From: Candidatus Saccharimonadota bacterium
Lineage (GTDB): Archaea > Nanohalarchaeota > Nanosalinia > Nanosalinales > Nanosalinaceae
DNA length: 32,000 bases
Assembly (NCBI RefSeq): GCF_047555085.1
Contig: NZ_CP180230.1
Span: 810,001 to 842,000, forward strand
Direction of reading: 5' to 3'
Shown here: positions 8,217 through 16,167 of the stretch, piece after piece
Numbering within the stretch: position 1 is the stretch's first letter
Layout: the number at the start of each line of letters is the position of its first letter
Translations under genes and position numbers: made by a program
The notes under the pieces: generated by a model
The model's database searches: none
Told to the model about the DNA's origin: nothing
What the model saw: the letters and a program-made list of their open reading frames with translations, nothing else

Positions 8217-8730
8217 AATTTTTACAGGCCTTTCAGTAATTTTATTGATTATCTCAGTTGCACTGCTAGGCTCTGGAGGCCTTGATCAGGAGAAAAGCTT
8301 CAATACAACAAATTTACATGTTGTAGATGGCGATACAGTTAAGGCCTCAGTGAATAATTCGAACATCACTGTGCGTCTGCTTGGTGTTGACACACCAGAG
8401 ACTTATGCGGAGAACTCTCCAAACGAGTTCGGGCTAGAGGACACAGCTGAGAACCGCAGATGCCTGAGGAACTGGGGAGTAAAAGCCACAGATTATCTGG
8501 AAAATTTTACCTTGCGTGAAGTAAATATACACACCGATAGAATCTCTGAAAATCGCGGTGATTATGGAAGACTTCTTGCATACCTCGAAATAGATGGAAG
8601 ATCCGTCAATGAAGCTCTGCTGAGGAAAGGATATGCACGAGTATATGAATCAAGATTTTCACGGCTTGAATCTTACAGAGATCTTGCTTCCGAAGCTCGA
8701 GACAGAAACATAGGAGTATGGAGCTGCTGA
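8161..8730 (+). CDS. Membrane-anchored or secreted thermonuclease (staphylococcal nuclease/SNase fold)
   Basis: Hydrophobic N-terminal anchor (IFTGLSVILLIISVALLG) followed by VVDGDTVKA...ITVRLLGVDTPE...GDYGRLLAYLEIDGRSVNEALLRKGYARVY, the SNase signature. The track start is GTG 8161, which overlaps the bud32 end by 56 nt, so the true start may be further downstream. Confidence 0.78.
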   Translation: MKKFLKDLKKLNYGEGTNKIFTGLSVILLIISVALLGSGGLDQEKSFNTTNLHVVDGDTVKASVNNSNITVRLLGVDTPETYAENSPNEFGLEDTAENRRCLRNWGVKATDYLENFTLREVNIHTDRISENRGDYGRLLAYLEIDGRSVNEALLRKGYARVYESRFSRLESYRDLASEARDRNIGVWSC

Positions 8731-9237
8731 TTACTCTATTTCTATGTCATGCTCTTCAAAGGCCTCTTTTATCGATTCTACATCATCTTCAACAGTCTTC
8801 ACGAAATGCATAGGCATCGTAACATATCTCCTCTTTTTCTCTCCATTATCTGAGTATGCTATGATGAATCTTGGACATGTAAGCAGCTTTATCCCTTCAA
8901 TAAATTTCACGGACTCTATGTCGCTGTAGTCTATGAATTTTTCTCTTTCCACGTTGTTCACGTACTCGTAAAGTATCACGGCAAGCACTGCAGCAAGTAT
9001 CAGAGAAACAGCACCCATCTTGAGATATAAGGGAGCTGTTATGAAGGCTGAGGCGACAAAAGAAGCTGAAAAAGACAGAACCGCTATAGAGAAAGTGAAG
9101 ATCAGCTTCTCTTTAACTCCACCCTCCTCCCATAGGCCTCTGTACATGTTCGTGAAGTAACTTCCGATAGATTCCTCCATCATTACTTTTCCATTGCTGA
9201 ACGTGATTCTTCCTCTTTTCGTGCGGAACTCTTCCAT
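8731..9237 (-). CDS. Hypothetical membrane protein (two central TM helices, acidic C-terminal domain)
   Basis: The ORF track gives 8731..9291 from a TTG start. I prefer the first ATG, at 9235-9237 (MEEFRTKRGRITF...). No family recognised. Its stop codon abuts the SNase stop with zero spacer. Confidence 0.5.
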   Translation of the reverse strand: MEEFRTKRGRITFSNGKVMMEESIGSYFTNMYRGLWEEGGVKEKLIFTFSIAVLSFSASFVASAFITAPLYLKMGAVSLILAAVLAVILYEYVNNVEREKFIDYSDIESVKFIEGIKLLTCPRFIIAYSDNGEKKRRYVTMPMHFVKTVEDDVESIKEAFEEHDIEIE

Positions 9238-9360
9238 GTTTCCGAGGCCTCCAGGATTAAACGTGGAGCGGATTGGTTTAAAAGATTTCAAGGCGTCAAA
9301 CTTGATAGACCAGGATGAAGTCCTTTCAAAGGGCTGAACTGGATCAGTACGTGATATACA

Positions 9361-9792
9361 ATGTCAAGAATGCATTCAGATGGACGAGGAGAATCAGGTT
9401 CCAGCAAACCTATAACAGATAAAAGCCCTGACTGGGTAGAGTACGACGAGGAAGAAGTTATTGATCTTGTCGTCAAGCTCAGAAGGGATGGATACGATCC
9501 TTCACAGATCGGGATCAAGCTGAGAGATCAGTACGGTATTCCTTCTGTAAAGGCCTTGACTGACAAGAAAGTTACAGAGATTCTTGAAGAGGAAGGCCTG
9601 GAGTTGAGTATTCCGGAGGATCTTCAGAATCTTCTGGACAAGGCAGAATCCATCAAGGAGCATCTTGATGAGAACGGGAAGGATGAGCAGGCCCAGAGAA
9701 GACTTGAGCTTACAGAGGCCAAGATCCGAAGGATCGCAAGCTACCACCGTGAAAACGGGAACCTGGATGAAGACTGGAAGTACGAGCGATAA
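9361..9792 (+). CDS. rps15: Ribosomal protein S15 (uS15, S13e-type)
   Basis: 143 aa. MSRMHSDGRGESGSSKP..., DGYDPSQIGIKLRDQYGIPSVKALT, and a C-terminal helical S15 domain with RRLELTEAKIRRIASYH. Confidence 0.9.
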   Translation: MSRMHSDGRGESGSSKPITDKSPDWVEYDEEEVIDLVVKLRRDGYDPSQIGIKLRDQYGIPSVKALTDKKVTEILEEEGLELSIPEDLQNLLDKAESIKEHLDENGKDEQAQRRLELTEAKIRRIASYHRENGNLDEDWKYER

Positions 9793-9833
9793 ACTTTCCA
9801 GAAACTCCCAGCATATCAACTTTTTCTTTTATC

Positions 9834-10295
9834 ATGAACTTTCTACCTGAAGACTCGGATATAGATTATACTGCTTCGGCACTGATAATCCAGGATGGAG
9901 AAATTCTTTTCATCGACCACGAAAAACTCGGGAAATGGCTCCAGCCCGGCGGACATATAGACGAAAACGAGACACCGGATCAGGCCGCCAGAAGAGAAGT
10001 ACGCGAGGAGACAGGCCTTGAAATAGATTTTATCGAGGGCTCGCAGCCGGAAAGTTTCTCCATCGAGGAAGATCTTCCAAGGCCTTTCCACGTAAATATT
10101 CACAGGATCAGGGACGGACATCTGCACTGCGATTTCATGTATCTGGCTACTGTAGTGGCAGAAGGCGAAGCAACTCACGGACACGAACATTCAGGCCTCA
10201 AATGGTTCTCCAGAAGCGAACTGAAAGATGAGGAACTCAGGATGCCGGATAATGTTCGGAGAACAGCTCTGAAAGCCCTGGATGAAAACCGTTAA
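9834..10295 (+). CDS. NUDIX hydrolase
   Basis: 153 aa with the Nudix box GGHIDENETPDQAARREVREETGL (GX5EX7REUXEEXGU). Confidence 0.8.
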   Translation: MNFLPEDSDIDYTASALIIQDGEILFIDHEKLGKWLQPGGHIDENETPDQAARREVREETGLEIDFIEGSQPESFSIEEDLPRPFHVNIHRIRDGHLHCDFMYLATVVAEGEATHGHEHSGLKWFSRSELKDEELRMPDNVRRTALKALDENR

Positions 10296-10325
10296 AAGAA
10301 GTTCAGCACCAAGTAATTTCTAGAG

Positions 10326-11720
10326 ATGGTTGAAGATATTCTAGAGGCCGCAGCACCTGCAGCCGAGAAACTGGAAAATTTCGATGGAAAAATCCGTTTG
10401 ATCGGACAGTACGACGCCGACGGCATAAACGCCACAGCTATAGCACACGAAATGCTTGACAGACTTGGAAAAGAGTTCGAATACGAGATACTGAAACAGC
10501 TGTACGAGGAAGACGTTGAAAGAATCGCAGAAGAAGATGAAGGCCTCTTACTTTTCGTCGACATCGGATCAGGGCAGTCAGATCTGATAAAGAAACATAT
10601 AATCGAAGAAACAGACAAAGAAGTCATCATAAGCGATCACCACGAGCCAGCGCTCGATAAAGAGGCCTCTGAAGAAGTAAATAAGGAAAATACATTTATC
10701 CATATGAATCCTCACTTCCTGGGACATGACGGAGGAGAAGCTATCTCCGCAGCAGGAATGACATATCTTCTTGCGAAAGCTGTCGATGAAGACAACTACG
10801 ATCTCGTGCAGTACGCACTGATCGGTGCAACAGGCGACGTCCAGAAACAGGAAGGAGAGTTCATGGGCCTCAACAAGGATATAGCACAGGAGGCCATAGA
10901 TAAAGAAGTTGTAGAGAAGCGTAAAGGCCTCGATCTCTATGGAAGGACGACAAAGCCGCTACAGAAATCTCTAATGTATACTACAGATCCTCATCTTGAA
11001 GGAGTGTCGAACAACGAGTCCGGAGCCATCCAGCTTGTGAAATCTGCAGGCCTTGATATCAGGGAGAACGGCAGCTTCCGTACACTGGCCGACTTGACAG
11101 AGGCTGAAGAGAAGAAACTTATCAACGCGATGATCAAGCGTGGCTATCCTGTTCAGAGGCTTTTGAACGATATCTACACTCTTGAAAACGGATACGAGAT
11201 TGACGAGTTCTCTACTATAATTAATGCCTGTGGACGTCTTGGTATGCCGAGAGATGGAGTGAAGATTTTGCTTGAGAACGATCTGGAGCTTGCTGAAAAA
11301 ATCTCCAGCAAGTACGGCAGGAAGATCTCCTCATCACTCCGTTACGTGGAAGAAAACAAAGATAACGAGGATGTCGTGTACGAGAAAGATATCGGAGTTA
11401 TAGATGGAAACTCCACGATCGATGCGGACTTCATCGGAACTGTAACAACCATCACGATGAGCAACGGCTTTTTCTCCTCACCTGTAGTCATGGGAGTAGC
11501 TGAAGCCGAGAAAGAGAAAGTCAAGATCTCCTCCAGGGCCTCAAAGGAAGTTGTCGAGGCCGGATTAAATCTCGGAGATGTTATAGGCGAGATATGTGAG
11601 GAGCTTGACGGCGAAGGAGGAGGACACAACATCGCTGCCGGTGCCAAGATCCCTCAGGACCGGAAGAAGGATTTCATCGATGCACTGAACTCCAAGATAT
11701 CAGAAGAAGTCACCGGATAG
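10326..11720 (+). CDS. RecJ-like DHH/DHHA1 phosphoesterase (archaeal RecJ/Cdc45/GAN-type)
   Basis: 464 aa. Has GQYDADGINA (motif I), FVDIGSG (motif II), ISDHH (motif III) and a C-terminal GGGHNIAAGAKI (DHHA1 motif). It lies downstream of rps15, an arrangement I recall in other archaea. Confidence 0.75.
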   Translation: MVEDILEAAAPAAEKLENFDGKIRLIGQYDADGINATAIAHEMLDRLGKEFEYEILKQLYEEDVERIAEEDEGLLLFVDIGSGQSDLIKKHIIEETDKEVIISDHHEPALDKEASEEVNKENTFIHMNPHFLGHDGGEAISAAGMTYLLAKAVDEDNYDLVQYALIGATGDVQKQEGEFMGLNKDIAQEAIDKEVVEKRKGLDLYGRTTKPLQKSLMYTTDPHLEGVSNNESGAIQLVKSAGLDIRENGSFRTLADLTEAEEKKLINAMIKRGYPVQRLLNDIYTLENGYEIDEFSTIINACGRLGMPRDGVKILLENDLELAEKISSKYGRKISSSLRYVEENKDNEDVVYEKDIGVIDGNSTIDADFIGTVTTITMSNGFFSSPVVMGVAEAEKEKVKISSRASKEVVEAGLNLGDVIGEICEELDGEGGGHNIAAGAKIPQDRKKDFIDALNSKISEEVTG

Positions 11721-11858
11721 GCCTGTCAACAGGACTCAAGGGAGTTCTCCCCTTGGAGAACAAAGTGCCAGTCGTATGTACAGTCACTTGAATTCAAGTC
11801 TCCTTACTGAATAAATCCATCAAATTTTAACTTGATCGAACGATTTTATTACATACCG

Positions 11859-11867
11859 TTTATAAAA
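11859..11867 (+). promoter_or_regulatory. TATA box (TTTATAAAA) for rps3ae; implies a leaderless or near-leaderless mRNA
   Basis: TTTATAAAATTT is centred about 26 nt upstream of ATG 11889. The same 12-mer occurs upstream of rps13. Confidence 0.55.
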
Positions 11868-11888
11868 TTTGACTCGAGTTGAGTTTAC

Positions 11889-12443
11889 ATGGCAAAGGCT
11901 GTACTGCAGAAAAACTGGTACGAAGTTCAGGCACCAAGTATTTTCGATGAAGACGTTGTAACTGAGACTCCTGCTGAAAGAGAGTCCCAGGTAGTCGGAA
12001 GAACGGTTAAAGAAGGCCTCAACGAACTAATGGATTCAACAGACAAATACTACGCAGACGTTTCACTGAAAGTAACAGACGTCGAAGGAAACAAAGCATT
12101 CACAGAGATCAGCGAAATGAGCGTATCCTCAGAATACGTCTCACGAATGATCAGAGAAGGAAGCGACAGATTCGACCACGTAGTCGACGTCCAGACAAGC
12201 GACGACAGAGCAGTAAGAATCAAAGTCGTAGGAGCAACACTCCGAAGAACAAGCTCCAAGAAACTAACAGCCGCAAGAAACAAGATCAAGGAAATCCTGG
12301 AAGACAACGCAAACGAACAGACATACGAAGAACTAATGGAAAACATCTTCACAGACAACATCCAGGAAGAACTAAGAGACGAGGCCGACCAGATCTACCC
12401 ATTCAGACAGCTCGAAATCAGAAAAACCGAGCTACTTGAATAA
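11889..12443 (+). CDS. rps3ae: Ribosomal protein S3Ae (eS1)
   Basis: 184 aa. AKAVLQKNWYEVQAPSIFDE...VGRTV... is a typical S3Ae N-terminus. Confidence 0.9.
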   Translation: MAKAVLQKNWYEVQAPSIFDEDVVTETPAERESQVVGRTVKEGLNELMDSTDKYYADVSLKVTDVEGNKAFTEISEMSVSSEYVSRMIREGSDRFDHVVDVQTSDDRAVRIKVVGATLRRTSSKKLTAARNKIKEILEDNANEQTYEELMENIFTDNIQEELRDEADQIYPFRQLEIRKTELLE

Positions 12444-12526
12444 AACAAAAGGCCTCCACCACATATCACACAAAACTTTTCTTCCTCCACGCCCAGACAG
12501 GCCTCAGAAAAGGCCTGAAAAACTCT

Positions 12527-12600
12527 GGGCCGGTAGCTCAGTCTGGCAGAGCGCTTGGCTCTTAACCAAGAGGTCGCGGGTTCAAATCCCGTCTGGCCCA
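12527..12600 (+). tRNA. tRNA-Lys (anticodon CUU)
   Basis: Folded by hand. Acceptor GGGCCGG/CTGGCCC, anticodon stem CTTGG/CCAAG with loop CTCTTAA (anticodon CTT), T arm GCGGG-TTCAAAT-CCCGT, discriminator A. No encoded CCA. Confidence 0.85.
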
Positions 12601-12654
12601 AACTTCTGAAAGTTTGATCATCACAAGGCCCGACACAGCAGGCCTTTCAGAAAT

Positions 12655-13233
12655 TTAATCAGCCTCTCCAAATCTATGCCCTTCCTCTATCATGGACTCA
12701 TCTAGAGCAATCTTTCTACCTATCTTTTCCGTAATTTTCTCTATATCTCTCTCAAGAATCAGATTTGACTCTTCTATCGCTCCAAAAAGGAAGTAAAAAC
12801 TTGAGAAAAGTAGAATAGAACCCAGGATCCTATTTACAAAAATAAAATCTGGAATTACAGAATTTAAACTCAGTAGAGATCCAATTAAACCACTAAACTG
12901 CCTAGATTTCAAAGCAAATAGTATTATATGGTGAGTAAGTATGACACCAGCAACAATCAATGAAACAGAAGCAATCTGGAATTTTTTCTTACTCTCAGAG
13001 CTATGACCACCAGAATAAGCTAAATTTAGTGAGAAAGCACCCATACTGAGAAATCCTAGAGCTATTGTGCCGACATATGAAGATACAAAACTTGGAATAC
13101 CAAGAGCAAAATAAAGCGCCGCAGAAGTAATCAAGAGATAAGTCAAACTAGAACTCCAGAGATACATCCCTCCTGCAAAATAAATATGAAATCCAATATG
13201 ATTCCTAAACCAGCTATAGATTTCCCTTAACAT
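12655..13233 (-). CDS. Hypothetical polytopic membrane protein in an AT-rich block
   Basis: 192 aa with about 5 hydrophobic segments and a short acidic tail. No recognisable family. Composition differs from its neighbours. Confidence 0.5.
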   Translation of the reverse strand: MLREIYSWFRNHIGFHIYFAGGMYLWSSSLTYLLITSAALYFALGIPSFVSSYVGTIALGFLSMGAFSLNLAYSGGHSSESKKKFQIASVSLIVAGVILTHHIILFALKSRQFSGLIGSLLSLNSVIPDFIFVNRILGSILLFSSFYFLFGAIEESNLILERDIEKITEKIGRKIALDESMIEEGHRFGEAD

Positions 13234-13493
13234 TACAGAAATACTATAAACTCCAAAAATTTTTCAGCATAACTCACCCCAAAGGGGGGAAATCTTTCGA
13301 ACTCGAATATAGTCCTTAATTTATATTGTAGACAACTTTAGGGCTCTCTCAAAGCCCCTTACATAAATCATCCAAAATTAAGAGGACTTAGAATTTTTTC
13401 TTCAAAACTCCATAAATTTTCTGTATTATTTCTTCGAGCTTGCGGGCCTGATAGCCTCTTTTCAGGAAAATTTTCTCCAGCTCTTTTCTTGCT

Positions 13494-14000
13494 TCAGTTG
13501 AATTCACGGGCCTTGTCCACCTTCGGCTGGGCGTGCATCGTGCAGTATGCATCATCTGGATTTTTCTCGAAGTAGTCCTGATGCTTCTCTTCTGCCCTGT
13601 AAAATTTTTCCAGAGGCCTGAGTTCTGTAACAATTTCGTCCTGATAATCTTTCCTGATTTTTTCGATGAAGGCCTCTATCTCTTTTTTCTGCTGTTCAGA
13701 GTTGTACAGGATTATTGATCTGTACTGGCTTCCTACGTCGGGACCTTCACGATCTTTTGTCGTGGGATCGTGGATTTTGAAGAAGAATTCTAGTATTTTT
13801 TCAAGAGAAATTTTTTCTTCGTCGTATTCTATTTTGATGACTTCTGCGTGGCCTGTGTCTCCATTGCATACTTCTCGGTATGTGGGGTTTTCTGTGTGGC
13901 CTCCTGCGTATCCCGACACTACTTTTTCTACTCCGTTGAGTTGTTTGTATGCGGCTTCTGTGCACCAGAAGCATCCGCCGCCGAGGATTATTTGTGCCAT
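13494..14000 (-). CDS. msrA: Peptide-methionine (S)-S-oxide reductase MsrA
   Basis: MAQIILGGGCFWCTEAAY... carries the GCFWC active-site motif, followed by GYAGG, HAEV and DPT motifs. The track ORF extends to 14027. The ATG at 13998-14000 gives the canonical N-terminus. Confidence 0.88.
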   Translation of the reverse strand: MAQIILGGGCFWCTEAAYKQLNGVEKVVSGYAGGHTENPTYREVCNGDTGHAEVIKIEYDEEKISLEKILEFFFKIHDPTTKDREGPDVGSQYRSIILYNSEQQKKEIEAFIEKIRKDYQDEIVTELRPLEKFYRAEEKHQDYFEKNPDDAYCTMHAQPKVDKAREFN

Positions 14001-14590
14001 GTGTTTGTTGTGAATACGTAGTTCCAAGTAGGTTCGGGTGGGAATGTTACTCCTTCCTGGATTTCTGTGGTGGGGTCAGTTTCTTCGTCCAGCTGGTTCT
14101 GGAATACTGAGTGGCATCTTCCTGCGATTTCTCCGTGGACCTTTATCTCTCCCGTGGCTGAAAGTTTTTCCACTGTTTCACGTATCTCCTGGAAGTTTAC
14201 ATCCTGTACTTCTCCGGAGTCAAGCAGGCTTTCCGTGTAGCCGGCTGCTTCTCCATTGAACTGTTCTACTATTGTCTCGGCATGACTTCTGCCGTCTTCA
14301 CTGTATATCACGTGTACCGGTTCTTCATCACTGGTCTGCTCGAGTACATCCCTCAGTTCTGCCATGTACTGTCTGTAGAAATCCTGCATGAACAGGTCTT
14401 TCCTGTCGTCGTCCTCCCAGTCCTTATCATAGTTTTTCGCGGCCCATCCCGGATGAACAAGAAAATGAACTGTCTCGTAACAGGCCTCTCCTGCGACTTT
14501 CCCGGCGTTGACAGCAGCCTCGAACTCATAGCTAGACCCTCCTTCCGGGAAAACTTGATCCATGCGTTCATCCAGATCTCCGTACTCCAT
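13988..14590 (-). CDS. Hypothetical acidic protein embedded in the msr operon
   Basis: 200 aa, with the acidic composition typical of this genome. No motif recognised with confidence. Its 3' end overlaps the msrA start. Confidence 0.55.
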   Translation of the reverse strand: MEYGDLDERMDQVFPEGGSSYEFEAAVNAGKVAGEACYETVHFLVHPGWAAKNYDKDWEDDDRKDLFMQDFYRQYMAELRDVLEQTSDEEPVHVIYSEDGRSHAETIVEQFNGEAAGYTESLLDSGEVQDVNFQEIRETVEKLSATGEIKVHGEIAGRCHSVFQNQLDEETDPTTEIQEGVTFPPEPTWNYVFTTNTWHK

Positions 14591-14647
14591 GCATTACTAC
14601 TCGAAAGTAAGTAATTTAAACAGAAATGTGGCTGGATCGCTTATTTT

Positions 14648-15241
14648 CTATTTCTTTGTTGCTATAAAGTTCATGAATCCTGGCTGATCTCCTTCTCTTT
14701 CCGTCACTTCCACCCTGTGTATTTCAAAGTCCTGAAGCATTTGACGTGCTTTTTCTTCAGTCATTGGATACTGTGCGACAGATGAACCGTATTTTTCTCT
14801 GATGAACTTTCCTTTTCCTTTCTTCAGGCCCAGGAACAGTGTGCCTCCGGATTTCAGGACTCTGGAAAGCTCGCTGAAGGCCTTTCTTCTTTCTTCGCCT
14901 TTGAAGAATACAAGCAGTTGATTTACCAGAACAGCGTCGAACGATGCATCATCGAAATCCAGATCACGGACATCCATGACGTGGAAGTCTCCTGATTTCT
15001 TTTCCGCAATTTCTATCATTTCTTCGGAGAGATCAACACCTGTAACATCGAATCCTTTATCTGAGAGAAGTTGTGAGTCTCTTCCAGGCCCGCATCCTGC
15101 ATCAAGAACTTTACCATTCTGTGCTTTCTCGATAAAGGCCTCTAGAAGTTCTATATACTCTTCGGAAATATTTTGGATAGAGTAGTTTTCGGCGAATTTT
15201 TCTGCTCCTTTCGAGTAAAAATTTGAGGCCTCTTCAGTCAT
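14648..15241 (-). CDS. Class I SAM-dependent methyltransferase
   Basis: 197 aa. Motif I VLDAGCGPGRDS, an acidic post-I residue (VTGVDLSEEM) and FDAVLVNQLL. Its start ATG overlaps the msrB stop (ATGA). Confidence 0.8.
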   Translation of the reverse strand: MTEEASNFYSKGAEKFAENYSIQNISEEYIELLEAFIEKAQNGKVLDAGCGPGRDSQLLSDKGFDVTGVDLSEEMIEIAEKKSGDFHVMDVRDLDFDDASFDAVLVNQLLVFFKGEERRKAFSELSRVLKSGGTLFLGLKKGKGKFIREKYGSSVAQYPMTEEKARQMLQDFEIHRVEVTEREGDQPGFMNFIATKK

Positions 15242-15603
15242 TCGTTATCTGCCTCGAATTCGAGTGCTATGCCGTTGATGCAGTAGCGTTTTCCTGTTGG
15301 ATCAGGCCCGTCGTCGAATACGTGGCCGAGGTGGCCTCCGCACTCTTTACATACAACTTCAGTTCTTTCCATTCCATGAGAATTGTCTTTCTTTTTCTCC
15401 ACAGCATCGTTTTCAGCGTCCCAGAAGCTTGGCCATCCGCTGCCGGATTCGTACTTCGTCCCGGAAGAGAAAAGCTCGTTCCCGCATTTTTTACATGTGA
15501 AAACGCCCTCTCTGTCCTCTTTCAGAAGATCGGATGAAAATCTTGGCTCTGTGCCACACTGCTCTATTACTTTTCGCTCATCCTCTGAAAGTTTCTTCTC
15601 CAT
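15238..15603 (-). CDS. msrB: Peptide-methionine (R)-S-oxide reductase MsrB (SelR domain)
   Basis: 121 aa. Two CxxC pairs (CKKCGNELF, CKECGGHLGHVF), GWPSF and RYCINGIAL motifs. Confidence 0.9.
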   Translation of the reverse strand: MEKKLSEDERKVIEQCGTEPRFSSDLLKEDREGVFTCKKCGNELFSSGTKYESGSGWPSFWDAENDAVEKKKDNSHGMERTEVVCKECGGHLGHVFDDGPDPTGKRYCINGIALEFEADNE

Positions 15604-15645
15604 AATTCATTCCAAGAGACCGGAATCATAAGTGAGTATGGATTT

Positions 15646-15960
15646 CTAGAAGTACTTCGATCGGAAGTCTTCAGTAAGGTATTCCGGGAGCTGTTCGATC
15701 CTCTGCTCCGTCTCCCTGAGTATATCTTGCTCCGAGGCCTCTGGCGTGTAGTCAGTGTTTTCCAGTACGTTAGTGGCCATCCTGTAGAGGCCTTCTGCCC
15801 TGTTGACGTATTTCTGTGCGTTCTCTTCGCCAAGGCTTCTTCCAGTGCTGTACCACTGTTCTAACACTTCGAGTTGTTCGTTTACTTCATCGAGGCCTTC
15901 AGTAAATTCTCCGAAAAGTTCGAGGGCCTGCTGTACTTCGTTTTCCGATGGTTCTTCCAT
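15646..15960 (-). CDS. Hypothetical small acidic helical protein
   Basis: 104 aa with plausible acidic composition. Divergent from tuf. No family recognised. Confidence 0.45.
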   Translation of the reverse strand: MEEPSENEVQQALELFGEFTEGLDEVNEQLEVLEQWYSTGRSLGEENAQKYVNRAEGLYRMATNVLENTDYTPEASEQDILRETEQRIEQLPEYLTEDFRSKYF

Positions 15961-16167
15961 GGGAGAACGGTTTTCTACTTGAAAATTTTTATACGGTGTC
16001 CAGCAGAGGCCTCTCAGCGTTTCCGGTCGAAAGGTTTCTGCAGGTTTTTACGCAAGGTTTTAAGGCCTTGTACAGGGTTGTGGGGTATAGGGTGTGGGAG
16101 GCCACACACCCTTTTAAAGTTTGACGGTCTATTCGGGAATTATACGCATTAACAGGTGATACAAAAA

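Noticed and set aside
11744-11761. Perfect hairpin GTTCTCC-cctt-GGAGAAC in the recJ-rps3ae spacer as a candidate small RNA
   Set aside because: It is isolated, short and lacks C/D or H/ACA box motifs. It is more simply a 3'-end structure for the upstream gene. There is not enough evidence to call an RNA gene.
13388-13633. 81-aa minus-strand ORF overlapping the msrA 3' end; its non-overlapping tail reads as a neat helix (ARKELEKIFLKRGYQARKLEEIIQKIYGVLKKKF)
   Set aside because: MsrA already ends at a normal position. The tail has no internal start codon and would need a frameshift to be expressed. It lies in an AT-rich region where such frames arise by chance. A frameshift or extension cannot be excluded without reads.
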